Assembly (NCBI GenBank): GCA_036172245.1
Contig: JAYWIR010000008.1
Span: 4,092,001-4,156,000, forward strand
DNA from: Raillietiella orientalis
Taxonomy: Eukaryota
Direction of reading: 5' to 3'
DNA: 64,000 nt
The position numbers and the translations under genes were made by a program. Of the stretch, positions 12,960-25,995 are shown in pieces (positions within the stretch are counted from its first letter, which is position 1; every line of letters starts with the position of its first letter). The notes beneath the pieces were generated by a model. That model was not told where the DNA came from. It worked only from the letters and a program-made list of their open reading frames with translations, and did not search any database.

Positions 12960-13870
12960 TTTTTGCGATCTAAAATTCAAAATCAAAGTTTTCTTTGCTG
13001 AGACAAACACACACATTGAAGCTGGGAAAAATATGTCTGAAGAACGAATATGTGACATCAGAACACTATAAAAAGCAAAATTGCAAAATGCTCATTCAAA
13101 TGCAAATCATTCAAGGGACCCAAACGTGGTAGGCATGCCGAAGCCGAAATGTGTGTGTGTTTTGGTTCAAGAAGAAAAGAATAGGAGAATTCCAATTATT
13201 TGAGAGGCTGTGCAACTAGAGACCAACAAATTTTCAGGCAATTCAAAATTCCTGAGCAAGATCTTAGGGTTTGTGTACGATGCTCATGTTGATTTTATGC
13301 GCCGCAATTTGCAGTCTTGCAGTCGGTTATACGAAAGACATGCAGAGAACAGTGTACTCACTGATGACCAAAAATTGCTTTTTTTTTAATTGTACTGGAA
13401 AGCAAAACAGTGCCTAATAATTCATCATTGCCTAGAAAGAAATTCGTTGACAAATCAACTATTCAACGATTGGTCAGCTGTTCCGTAAATTAGTACCCCT
13501 TAATTTAGTATCTGGTTCAGTTTTAACGAAAAATGAAAGCTAACCCGAAGAGTTCGAAGATGCAGCTTAAACTGAGCAAACAGATCAATGTCATGACCTC
13601 GTAGTCAGCAATCATGGTTCCAGAGTTATAAGTTCTTGAATCGGTCGTAAGTGAGCCTTTTAAAAAGATTCGAAGGTCCTGGACTACAGTTTTGGCTGAT
13701 GATCGTGTCCTATAGGGAAAAGATGGAAAGCAGTCATTGGGATAGCTCGGACAGTGGGTTTCAGTTGTTGGAAAAGCATATCTGGAGAACTTACAATCAA
13801 GAGTTCGAGAAGGCACACAACTCATCCAGAATGGAGAGAACAAAGGTCGGCACATTAAAAACTTAGAATG
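12960..13870 (+). mobile_element. Decayed pogo-family (POGK-like) DNA transposase remnant
   Basis: Fragments in mixed frames resemble the Brinker-type DNA-binding domain (CDLKFKIKVFFAETN), KSFKGPKRG, FMRRN, and the DDE_1 motif (PEL*VLESVVSEPFKK, compare LQPLDVxVNKPFK). Many stops and frameshifts. Confidence 0.6.
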
Positions 13871-14280
13871 GAATCAATGATGATGGCAGAAACAATAAAG
13901 AAGGTACTGAGAATTCACGTGGTGCATATGCTTTGTGGAAGTGATGAAACACCTGAAATCAAATTTTGCGTCTCTATATTTCTGAGTACCAATAACTGGA
14001 TGATTTACGTGAGAAAATCTATTTCCCATATGAAATTATTTTTTCTCCTTAAATTCTTATTCCGGAAATGCGTCTTAAATTAGATTGCCGCTCGTGCCAA
14101 TGAGGTACTTAGCAGTGTGAGGAAGTACCTGTTACAAATATTTGTTAAAAGCCACTAAAAACACACCAGGAAGAAATAAGAAACACAAAAGATCATTTGC
14201 TGCTAAAGAGTAAATTGGTAATGAATGCAGGAAATTCACAGGAGAAAATCAATATCGACGGCAAATGAGTCATTCACATA

Positions 14281-14900
14281 GTTTGTCACCCGGATATGCC
14301 GGGGCATTTATTATTCTAATTTGTTACAAAAATTAGATAATAAAGTCTTTCAAAAGTTGGTTGTGGGAAACACTTGGTTTTCCCACCTTGGTTGACGTGT
14401 CTGTTGCCGGTGCATAGACCGGTTAGGTCCATTCCCGAGACGCATGGGAATTCCCTTCCCATGCGTCTCGGGATTCACATAGTAGTGCACGCTGTAAACG
14501 TTCACTTTTCTCTTTTTTGCCAAAACTGTGCTGAAAGCCGTTGGCCAGCATTTTGTCTTATTGCTTGGGTTCGGTAGCCAGAAGGAGCCCAGGTCAACGG
14601 AGAATTCAAAACCCACCAGAGCCGAGCCATAATAAAGCGTTCCTTCTTGGTAAGTGCATGTGGGTAAATAGCCAAAGGTATTTTGCTTTCGAATGCCTTC
14701 AAAGACTACATTCATGAACGATGCTATCTGCACGAAACACTGGAAAAACAGTTTGCGATCATCTTGGCGCCCACATAGCTCGGGAAGAGAGAGGTTATCC
14801 ACTGTCATTCAGCTGAAAGAAAAAATCATGATGAGGATTATGATTTCTCAAGACAGGAACATCAATGAAAATAGCGTGAAACCCTACCCACTTTCTTTTG
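14281..14900 (-). mobile_element. Degenerate 3' fragment of a REL-endonuclease non-LTR retrotransposon with its 3' tail
   Basis: ORF 14350-14808 contains MNVVFEG and VDLGSFWLPNPSN (compare DVxxPFEN and VGSLGSWxPxN). It ends in an AATAAA plus small-hairpin tail shared with 44011-44042. Confidence 0.45.
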
Positions 14901-17900
14901 CCCAATATCGAAGGTTTCCTTAACTCGAATTTCAGTGCAGAGCACAGACAAAGCAGGAATGCTCACCGTCTGGATTAAATGACCAGTTTTCCATTTCAAG
15001 CTGCTTTTTCGTACTTTGATTTACAGTCCGTATTCAAGACGAAAACATAAGTGCAGCAAGCCAAGACCGATTTTAGCGTCAGATCAACTAGTCTGTTCTC
15101 AAAATTGCAAATATTCTAGTCCTTATAAATTTGGAAGCAGGAGCCAATTTGCATGGTTCGATAACACCGTGAAAGAAAAGAAGTATTTTGTTCCTTGGAG
15201 TTTGCAATATGATTATTTTTATTCTCTCCGATAAGTCCGACTCCAACAGCGCTGACCTCTTATCTGATTATAGGTGCAAACACAACCCAGTTAAGGAACA
15301 CTGCTTAAGTGTTCCCCGTAAGTCTTCACTTTAGCAGCGCTTTATTGTTTTGTCACTTTCACTCAGAGTGAGTCGCCGTGATGAATGTTCCTCTCTCTTA
15401 TCGAATATCCTCGGCACTTTTGCCAGAAAACACAGAAGGGGACTTCTGAATCAAATCAAGAAAATTAATTCGAAGTGCAGCGCCTCCTCAATATGCTTCA
15501 GTTTTTAAACCAGTGTCAGGTTCTTGACTTGAATTTTCAAAGATGCGTCGTATCTTTGAGCCGTATGGCTCCTCCTTGAAACTGGGAAAACAAAAGAAAT
15601 TCTTCATTCATTTATTCTTCTCGAAATCCTGACTAAGTACGTTGGTCTTGAAATTTTTACAAATGTCGAATACAATGGATGGTAATAATGAAGATGCAAA
15701 AGATCTGATTTACAAATCCTAGATTCCTTAACAGTGGAAAAGTTATCCATTTCATTCCGTATCCCCATCTGAATAAAGATAGCTGTTTTGGTTATACTTT
15801 TCCTATATAATTTGTCTCTGGTTGCGTTCAGACTGATCGAATGGAATGTCAGTTTACCCTTTCTTTTCGCAAAAGTACAGATAGTGACATTAAAAAGGAA
15901 AATCTGACTTGCAGATCACTGATTTCGTGGAAGCCGTAAGAATGGCGAGAAAACATCAGGAAGATGATAAAGGAGTGTTTGATGTTTCCATCTTGACTTT
16001 TTTTGCTTTCTTTGCTGTTCCATAGTAACCAGAATCACGCCTTCGTTTGCACGGATAATCATTAATAATAAAAATTAAAATTATTACTATGTTATACAGA
16101 GATACTTCGAGAGACTTTTAATTCACATGTTTCAATATTTCGAGAAGAAACATACTATCCCATTGTGGATACATTGGCATAACCCACCTTTCCAACACAA
16201 TCCAAAGTAAAAAAAGTAAGTAATACTTCTAAGTATTCAAAACAAAAAAGCTTTTGCTGTGCTTTCTAACGCAATGTTTCTGGTTTCGGTTCGATGAGAC
16301 TTCAGTACATGAAAGACCAAGTGCAACGATGCCTTGTTCTTCTAATAATCGACATTCTAAAAATTCACAAAGATTCCTGGAAAAAAGAAAAGACAGTGAT
16401 TCGAAAAAGTCTTTCAGCAAAGAAACACCGAATGGAAGTGTTACTTACTGTTTCTGTTTTCATAATCCAATCGGTATTGCAATAATTTAAAACATTTCCG
16501 GGAAACAGGTCGATTAGGTTACTTACCGACCAATATTGGAAACAACAGTTGTTTTCAGAAAGAAAGAGAAAGATGCTCGAGATGGAAAAATTTTGCTTTA
16601 AAGATAACGTTAACTTACAGAGACAAGGAATGAAATTTTCGATGCTGTGAGAGTACCAGTGCATTGGGGATTGATATGTTATTAAAAGGTTACTTGGCTG
16701 CCAACAACTCATTCCCATCATCACCAATAAATCATGTTTATCTCAACTATTGAGAGAGTAAAAGAAGTACCAAGTTACAAAAGTCCAGACCACGAATCGA
16801 CTTCCTGCTTCGGTTTAGAACATGAAGATGAACATCAGAGAACAAAACACCATCAACTATTTAAAAAAAACTTTTTGCTGGCTGCTAACAAAATAAATTT
16901 ACAGCATGCAGTGGATTTCGGAGAAGTTTAAGGACATGGAAAGCTGAAATTTAGTTTTTTTGGTATACATAGATGCTCCTCTGCTAGTATCAGTTGGAAA
17001 ATGAACGTTGAGGAAGATTTGCAAATTTAGATATTATTGTATTAAAACGCAGGATGATTTCTACGATCTTGATAGGAAAGATTAAAAAAAACAGAAACAG
17101 ACTAATGTAGATAAATTCCTTCTAGACAGGAAGATGAAAGCAATGCAACTTGAAATTAAATCTGATATTGAAAAATAGTGCACCAAAGCATCTATACAGC
17201 TGAAAGAGATGATGCAAGATACTGAAGCGAAAGAAAACGAAAAGTATTAGATTCGGGTAGAGCCATCTGTAACTACAAAAGGGAATTATGTTTTAAGAAG
17301 TATCGGAAGTTTTTCTTTATTTTTCACTTATCGTGAATGGTTTACATTATCCTTTCAATAAGGATGCTTTTTTATACAAACGATCCCGAAAATCAAAGGA
17401 AGCATTCAGTCTGAAAGAATGGAAACGTTGAGAATGAACCCCTTTAGACCCGAGGACCAGTGACTCCCCTTCGCGACTAATATTATATTTTCGAAAATTG
17501 GACTTGAGGGATTTATGGAAAATCTAGCTTTCAAAGGGTAATTGCATACTGAATCAGAAATATATTTCATTTTTTGAAGCTAAAAATTATCGGAGGGTAC
17601 ATGTGTTATAGGTCTCCAGCAGAGTTATTGATTCCCGGGAGCGCACATCCTCTGGAGCATAAACTCTTCTGAATATGCAAACATGTGAAACTTGACAGAC
17701 TAGCATTAAAACAGGAAGGCTATCGGCTGCATCCCTCTTCAGGAACAAAGATGTGTTCATCGGGCGCCACCATTTGGAGAGCACTACCACCTTGCAATAA
17801 TTTTGGTTGCCAAACTTTTTCCGATTTTACGTGCATTCCGTTTCATCTTTTCCACAAGTTTCTTCCCAAGTGGGTGATCACAAGTGCCTCTTCCCGGACT

Positions 17901-19402
17901 CTCTCTCTCCTCCTGTCGTTTCCCAGTAAACGCCAGTACTGCGTTACATGATCAAAATCAACCACATTAAGCAAATTTTTGATCTTCCATCCACAGTATC
18001 CCATATGCATTAAATCCTCTAGGATCTTCTAACCAGAGTAATGCTGCCTAAACTTTCCCTAATTGGATTATCTTTACTATGCATGCATTAAATTTTCATT
18101 AGGCTGCTATTATTACCTAAAATCTTGCGATTTTAACAGCTTCAAGTGTTTCCTACATACTTCAGGATCAACACGTGGTAATTCCACATCAGTATTTTCA
18201 TTAACATTTTTGTTAATTAGTTACACCACCACCCTAGGTCTTCAGTACTCCTTCAATAATTAAGGTCCAATCCTCACCAAGGTACTTCAGTCTTGATAAG
18301 AACAGCACTATTAAAATTAGGAATTCTTTTTCCAGTTAGAAACCGATAACCACCTGAAAACTATGCCTTTAAAAGAAATTTTGTATCAACTCTTGAAGTA
18401 AATATTCGCATAAAGGGCATTGTTCATAAGTGTTTTATTACCATGCAATGATTGTATAATACAATTACATTAATATACTGTCAATACTTTGCCAGTTCTT
18501 AATAAAACTGAAAAACCAAACACAAAGCCATAGCATAATCCAAAAAGCCACTCCAATGGGCAAGTAAGCTAGACACCAAAATTCAAGCTTCATAATGCAC
18601 TGAAACTGAGATCCAACAAGAATTTAAACTTCTAACCTGTTTGGCTTTTTTCAAACATACTACATTAGATAACAGCTGAATGGAATTATACTTGGATACA
18701 CAAAAGCTGAACTAAATCCATGAACTTTCAATTTTATTGTAAACCACTGTACAAACAAATGCTTTACCATTAATACATAACTTACACAGAAAATACCAAA
18801 CTCCCACGGTTCACATAAATCACAAACAAAATTCATCACTAGAAACAGCAACTTGATCACAAGAGTTTGCCATTTAAAACACAAATTCAAATAATCCTAT
18901 ACTTTGATGTAAAATCTCTTATTGATCAACCTTCCACAGCAGTTGGAAAAAACTGACATATACTTTTCTTTCCCATTTCAGTAAAAAAAAAAAAACCCTC
19001 AATGCTTCGTCGGTTTGATCAATGAAACTTTAAAATACTTCTGATTAATAAAACTATTTATTCAAAACAGAAATTAGCATGAAGAATTGCAATTTTATTA
19101 AAAAAAATTGTTCCACAGTAAGATGTGTGGGGGCACTTCCAAATTGTACTTACAATTATTTCATCATTTAAAACAATAATACAATCAGAATACTAATAAA
19201 ATCCGGATCCCAGCAAGTTTTACAATGATTCTCATCACATATGGGAGGAAAAAATATTCACACTAGACATAAGCAGCACAAACTGTCTTGTTCTGTTTAT
19301 TCAGGGTGGGGAAGCAAGTCTACTTAACAAAAAAGAACTATGGACATTCACTGCACAGTATTACATTTGTAACATTTGATATTTCTGCAAATCTGCTTTC
19401 AT

Positions 19403-19744
19403 TTATTCAGTTTCTTCAGTACTGCTTTCCTTTTTCTCTGCTTTCCTGGGTCTACCTCGTGCTCTGCCACTACTTACAGGCTGCAAAGAAGCCAATATGA
19501 CCAGAAACTACACTCATAAGGCATACTTTTTTGGGGCTTTTCTTCTTTTTTCCTTTACTACCTTTAGGGCGACCTCTTCCTCTCTTAATAGGGGAAGCAC
19601 CATCCTTGGATTCCGGCGCTGGGCGCTTTTCTGCCTATAATAATAATTTTGCACTTAGAGGCTGACTTTACATAACGGTACCTTTGCAGGTCTTCCTCTT
19701 GCCCTTTTTTTGTCGTCTACAACTCCAGAATCGCTATCAGCCAT
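19403..19744 (-). CDS. HMGA: HMGA/HMG-I(Y)-like AT-hook protein, about 82 aa, 3 coding exons (absent from the ORF track)
   Basis: Exons 19744-19682, 19634-19527 and 19480-19403 with 47- and 46-nt GT-AG introns. Spliced protein: MADSDSGVVDDKKRARGRPAK/AEKRPAPESKDGASPIKRGRGRPKGSKGKKKKKSPKK/PVSSGRARGRPRKAEKKESSTEETE*. It has three RGRP AT-hooks and an acidic tail. A probable 5'UTR intron runs from about 19967 to 19747. Confidence 0.9.
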
Positions 19745-20699
19745 AACTAACAAGAACAAAACACAACTACTGCCATGCAGACTTTCTACATTTAAAACGA
19801 ACTTTCCCATCAAATTAAATTTGAAAAAAAATCAGATATAGGGTAAGATAATCAAAAAAAATGGCCAAAAAATTCAGAATTTATTAATACAATCATTCTT
19901 GATCATCTTACCCACAAATGAATTTTGCAACAGCTACAACAACGACAATCGTCAAGCGTCTACTTACAAAAATTCAGCGTTAGTGGCGCGGGGCTCACAA
20001 AAGAAAATACGCGTTTTCGTAGTTAGCGAATAGCATAACAGATAACAGCACAGCCCGGGTCTGATTTACGCGGGAACTGTAATGATTGGATTTGCGCCAA
20101 TTTCAAATGGATTCAAGATTTGGATTATTGCATGACCTGTTGCCGTAGGTCAGCATAATTCCCCTGTATCCTCGGATTATGTTAATAGTTAGCGGAGGGG
20201 ACTGCGTGAGTGTGTGTACGAGCGGAAGATTTTGTTTTGCCGCGATGAATCAGAGCAAACTCCTTCCGAATAGCGGAGAGCAGCTGGCAACCATGAGAAG
20301 AACGATTCTTCAAGATGATGATAACAGGATAAGCAGTCGATCTTCGGAAGCCGTCTGTGGAAGGAGACGAGCGGTGGACGTTATATACGGAAACTAATCG
20401 CGCTTGCTCCTGGACTCGCAACCTGTCCCGCAGCAAACGCTGGGGACTTCCAGCTACCACTTTAGAGAGAAAAAAAACGCACGAAACGGGCGCTCACGCT
20501 AACGCCGATCGGTGGGTTGCCGGGGTCCCCCATTTGACGTAAGTAGAAAGACACCGGAAAGCTTCCGGAAGGAAGAAAAATAGGCAGCGGAGATTCCATC
20601 TATAGACGAAAAGGACAGTTGCCGGTGGCAACCTAAAGAGCTCTTTCTGGAAGACTGGACGTCATGTTTGCTTTCGGCCTCATCGAGAGCAATGTTCCA

Positions 20700-21800
20700 A
20701 CAAAACTACTTCTCCCTTTCCTTCCCTCCACAGAGAAAATGGGACAGGAGGAGTGGGAGGATCACTCACCCAGTGTAACGAGAAGACTGGAGGAGCCATA
20801 TGCTCTGCAGGGCAGGCTAAATCCTCGTACTTCCTTCTCTTCCTTGCCTTACTCGAGGGCCCGAAGCAAAGGGTTGGGATGGAAGAGGTCCAGGAAAAAA
20901 ATATATCAAGGAGAGGAGGCGAAGGGAGTGCTACCTGTCGTTCCTTTTCCATATTTCCAGGGAAAGTGGATGGAACCAATCCAGGAATCCAAAGCACATT
21001 TCTGGAGGGGCGTGGAGTGGACAGGAAAGAAGAAAGAAGTGGGGCTCGTCCACATCGCCTGTTGCTGCTGCTGCTGCACGACTTCTCCCGATAGCTAAGA
21101 CTAATGTCGAGGAAGAAGAGGGAAAGGAGACGCAGCGTGCTGGGATGTTACTGCCCCAGGTCTCCAGTCCACAAACTCCCGATCCTCTCCCGTGGCAAAC
21201 ACAGCCCAGAATCTTGCCATGCTGCCTTGTAGGCGCGATGCAAGTGGGGAAGGAGGGATCAAAGGGAAGCCAAATAGAGGATGAGAGGTCATTTCGCTCC
21301 TGCCGCTACTTACAGGCTGCAAAGTCAATATGACTGGAAATTACACTCATAAGGCATGCTTCAAGATAGTAATAACAGGATAGACGCCATGAATGGCGAA
21401 CTCTTTCCTGGATCTCCTTTTGTGTCCATCTCAATATTTCTGTGCACTTTGTCAATTCCCAGGTCGCAGTCCTCTTCCCAACCGGAAAGACTTCGGCACT
21501 GAGAATGGTGAGGAGCAAAAGGAACGAAGAGGTGCACAGTGGGTGAAGAGACTCCGTCGTCCACCAATCCCGTGCGCTTCGTCTGCAAATGGGTGGCAAG
21601 AAAGAACTCTTCTGACCCATTTTCTGAACGAAATGCGGGCTCATCTTGACGGGAAACGTGGTAGCACTGTTAATTTCCAGGTTGCATAGTGACTCTTGGA
21701 GTTAGGAGTATCGCATTTGAAGGCGGTAGTGAGAACTAAGCCAATCCAGGGGGTCATTCAGCCCCTCGATCTTCGGGAGTGCGAGAAGACCGCTAATTCC
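20700..21800 (-). mobile_element. Possible highly decayed non-LTR (REL-type) retrotransposon remnant
   Basis: Weak motifs only: ARKRRKYEDL (REL KxxKY-like), PGLV..LDI, and NLEINS. No intact ORF. Confidence 0.25.
21300..21361 (-). repeat. Diverged partial duplicate of HMGA intron 2 and the start of exon 3
   Basis: ctgccgctacttacaggctgcaaagtcaatatgactggaaattacactcataaggcatgctt aligns to 19464-19528 with a few substitutions and a 3-nt deletion. Confidence 0.85.
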
Positions 21801-23339
21801 TTCCTCTCAGACTCCTGACGGAGTGGCCCCGGCGGTGATAGGATGGAAGGACAAACAATATCGTACACAGTTTTCCGTCATTACCAAATCCCGTGTAGTA
21901 TCAGTAATCAAGTACTTCTCTTCAGTCGGCAGAATTCGACTTTGTCACGAGACAAAAGAATTCAGTAGCGAGCACTTCCCAATGAATTGGCTCCAAAGTA
22001 TTCCCCAAACCATTAGAATCTCTCAGCTGGTGATGTCTGTGCTTCCTTGCTCGAAGTTCGAAATTCCGGGCGTACCTAAACCAATAACGCAAGACGAAAG
22101 GAGCTGGTAAACTACTAGAGAAAGTGCCTCGAACTGAAAAACATGCCAGTGAAAAAACAAAACAAAATAAAGGTGAGACAGAATTCGTGTACTGATATTT
22201 CTGAATCAAGGAAAGGTAACACTGATGCGCGCCGCCATATTTGAAACATCACCTAGCATGCAGTGAAAGGAGTCGGTTTTCTTTCTGCCAGTTCTTCCTA
22301 TCAGAAACTCACTGAGGGCCTGTTGGATCTATAACGCTGGTCAGATAGACAGACCCTCAACACGTACGAGACAGTCTTTGGAGACCTAATGAATGCGGAG
22401 AGACACGTAAGCATGGGAATGCCAGAGCGTGCATATCGTAAGTACCGTAGTAGCTCGATTAACCCCCTAGGGTAATTATGTAATTTTCCTGATTCCGTTA
22501 TCAAATGAGAAAGTGAGTAATTCCAGTGAGCAGACACAAGCACGTTTAGGTCTAAGGGCATTAATGTAACATCACAATGAGCAATATCGTAGTGGATTAT
22601 TTTTGTACGTTTTCTGCAGTTTGCTCTGGTTCTTCTGGCCTCATCGTGTGTCCAGTGTTAGCATTCCGCGGGACTCCGAGCCGAAATTCAATCGTGCAAT
22701 AACGAGTGGAAGAGAATTAAGAGAAATTTTGCTGCCTGAAGACCGAGTTTCTCAATTAAAATATGCACAACCCTTTGGATTTTTTTTTTTTTTTTTGAAT
22801 AATCAACTATATGAATAATCAAAATCCGAAGTTTGGCATCAAACCGACAGTCCAACTGCAGTGTACCGTGACAGCATTTGATATCTGCATATCTGTTGCA
22901 GAACGATTCACAAAGATCACCCATGAAAATCAAGCTGCAACCCTGCAACCCAGGCGCATTCCGGGATCTCTCGTTTACCAAACCCACCAAACGTGTTGCC
23001 AACTCCTCCTCCGATGCCGCTATCTCCGTTTAAATCCCTCTCCGGCTTTCTCCCACGACGTACATCCGGCTGCAGCAGCAGTGTTCATCGAGTGATGAAA
23101 CCTCGAATATTTTTAGGAACAGTTTCTTGACATGAGCACTCCCGCCGATCCCCGTCCGCCGACTGGTTTTTTCAAGCCGATCCGTATCTTCTTTTTTTTT
23201 GGTTTTTTTTTTCGCTGCCGAGCACCACTCAACCGCTTTTCGGCCCCCTCACTCCCACCCTACGCATTCGTATTTTCGACCTCTGCGAAGTGACTCGAAA
23301 AGTAGGTGAGGCCGGCGTCGGGAGCAGAGCAGCGGGAGT

Positions 23340-23364
23340 GAAGAAGAAGAAGAAGAAGAAGAAG
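23340..23364. repeat. (GAA)n microsatellite
   Basis: About 8 units of gaa. Confidence 0.9.
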
Positions 23365-25964
23365 AGAATTCGGCGCGAAGCGACCCTGAAAAGTGTGATC
23401 TTGGCATTCGCGCATTTTCGGTGCCCAGTGACAACAGCATCCAAGAGTAGGCAGAGAACGGCAAACCGTACGAAAGGCGCGGAAAGCCGAAACTCGGTCA
23501 GCCCCCCCCCCCTCTCTCTCTCTCTCTTCTCCCGAAGGGATGGGGTGGATCGGAAGAGGTGGGATGAATTTCCAAAAGCTGGTTGCGTGTTGAGCCGTGC
23601 AATTGCCTTTCTGTAAGTGAGACTTGTTCCTACGAAGGGCCACCAGGGCCGTGTTTGAGAAGGTTTGCCAAAGGAAAACGAAGGACTTTGATGGTTGCCA
23701 GAAATGTACTTTCTCAGCACCGTGGTGCACTTCGGAGCATCTCTGCGGTGCGACAGCAACATCAAGGGCATCGTGAACTTGGAATATAAGCGTTCAATTT
23801 GCTGATAAATGGAATTGAAGCAGGAAAGCCAGATGAAAAGGGATTCTAAATGAAAAGACTGCTGTTCAGTTCATGCTGAACAAATGCTTGAATAAAACCG
23901 GGTAACAGAAAACGATCACCTCTCCTTTCAAATGGTTCTTCCTGTCGGAGTGCATCATTCGCCCTGTTCTTTTTATGAGCTTTATTTTGGACACACACAC
24001 ACACACACACAAAAAAAAAACAAGTTGAAAAGGGGCATGCGGTATGCGTATCTCTCCCTTTTGTTTTTCGAACATCTCCATTCTATTTTCTTCATAAGTG
24101 CGAAGAAAACGACCTCGCCCCAAACAGAGCGGAGCCTTGCCCTCCGGAGTATACCGGTGGATTCTGTATACACTCATACGCGTAGCAAGAGCAGCATCTG
24201 ATTGGGCCTGCCAAGCGAGTTGGGTTCAGCAGCGACGAGCATGTGAATGTACACCTGGTACAACGAAGCGTGTTTTGAACTTTACAGAGCGGATGGTCGT
24301 TGCTTCCCCCGTGTGCAACCGACAGCCCGGGGCCAGCCGGACGGACTCTTCGCATTTCCAGGCCGCTGGTTGTGTGCAGTTATGCAAACGGGGCAAGCTG
24401 CTGCAAATCCCCTTCCTTGCTGCGCCGCATCTCCTTGCTCTCAGCAAGGAGAACTTGGCCGTTGCAGCACTCGTCTGCCACGGGTGCCGCCGCCCTTTCT
24501 TCCTGGTCTGCTGCTGCTGCTACTCCGCAACTTTGCCTCGAGCCGCAACGCGCGTTTGCTGTACGTCTTCCCTGGTCAGCACGCATTTGAGAGGAAAAGC
24601 ACAGCTTCGTCGTTCGGGAAACGACCTCCGCGTTCCTCTTAAGAATCGCAAGATTCGTTTTTCATGGTCATCTGCTCTTCATTCTTTTTTCTTTTTCAAA
24701 AAAAAATAAATAAATACCGCGGTTCTCGGAATCGATTACGAGGTGGCTTCGTAATCAGCGGGATTCGGAGGCATAAAGGTCAGACATTAGAGAGTAAGAT
24801 TTCCAAATATCTATTTTTTTTTTTTTTCTTTCTTTCATACTCGAAAAGTTGTGAATTGCAAGCCAGTTCAGATTATTAGGTCGATGATGAAAAAGTAGCC
24901 CAAAGTGCGGTGAAACAAAGTCTCGTGCATTCCAAGGAATGAGAAAATCGTAATGTTAAAGAATTTCATCCGTTTGCATAATGCAGCCGTTCATGTGCCT
25001 TTTCCAGCTGCTGGAAGCTGATCTTCCAGGAGCAGGGGTTTTGCACAGGAGCTACGGGAGTGATGCTTGTACCATTTTTCGTTTCATCTCGTGGGTGGGG
25101 AATGGTCGCTAAATTAGTCTTTGAAAAAAAATCAATCACTTTCAAGTGCACGACAGGTTGGAAGAAATAGAGGGAAGACGAACAGTAGAAGTAGAGGTTG
25201 CAGGAAGCAAAGTGCACTTTGTACGTCGTGAGTTTTCGTCTTTCTGAAGCTTTTCCCCCCTTTTTATTGTCAGCTTTCTCCCCATTTCTTTGCATCCACA
25301 GGAATTAAGTTAAACACTTTGGAGGAAAACAAAGGGTTTCGTCATTTCTTTCGAGCCCGGTGGTAGAGGGAACCACCAGAGGAACTGAGCGCTTCCGAGG
25401 ACCAGGCGCGTTCAGTGGAGACGTGGACAACGGTTTAACAAGCCGGCATCCGAGCATGACGACCACCCAGAAAGGGGGGGTACTTTGATCCAATGAGTAA
25501 ACACGAATGCAAGTACCCACACAGCAACTCCCTTTCAGATGTCCTTTTTTCCCTTCTCGTCACGCGTTGTCTGCCGGAGGCGTCAATCGCCAGAAGGCAG
25601 CGACCATTTGCCTTCATGAGCAAAACGCATCCGCAGTTTTTTCACCAAAGCAACGGAGCAGCAGACGTCCAGCACGGCCCGACCTTGCATTCAGCTTGCA
25701 GAAAATGTGGAACGGAACACCGAAGAGCGTGGCATTCCAGCCGGTGTGCAAGGAGGGAGGGGCTGTTAGAGGATTTCCGTGCATCCCACGCTCCAGCTTT
25801 TCCCCGTTTTTCAGACAGGGGTGTGGCCCTGCCTCGCAGGGTTGCCGTCACACCGTTTCGCGCTTTCCTCTCTCAACCCTCCGTGCTCTCGGAACAGCAA
25901 CTCCAGGTGACGAGGTAAAGTGCGTTGCGTTAATCGTTGTTTGCCACTCGATTACTACAGAAGA

Positions 25965-25972
<8 letters not shown>

Positions 25973-25995
<23 letters not shown>
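25973..25995. repeat. (AG)n microsatellite
   Basis: About 11 AG units after an A tract. Confidence 0.85.

Noticed and set aside
17750..18360. Exon-like minus-strand segments downstream of HMGA
   Set aside because: Trial splicing hits stop codons and gives no recognisable protein; unsupported.
20618..20632. RFX X-box-like gttgccggtggcaac
   Set aside because: A single short motif with no linked target gene; could be chance.
24380..24586. VADECC motif resembling an insulin A-chain
   Set aside because: The remaining Cys spacing, B-chain and signal peptide are absent.
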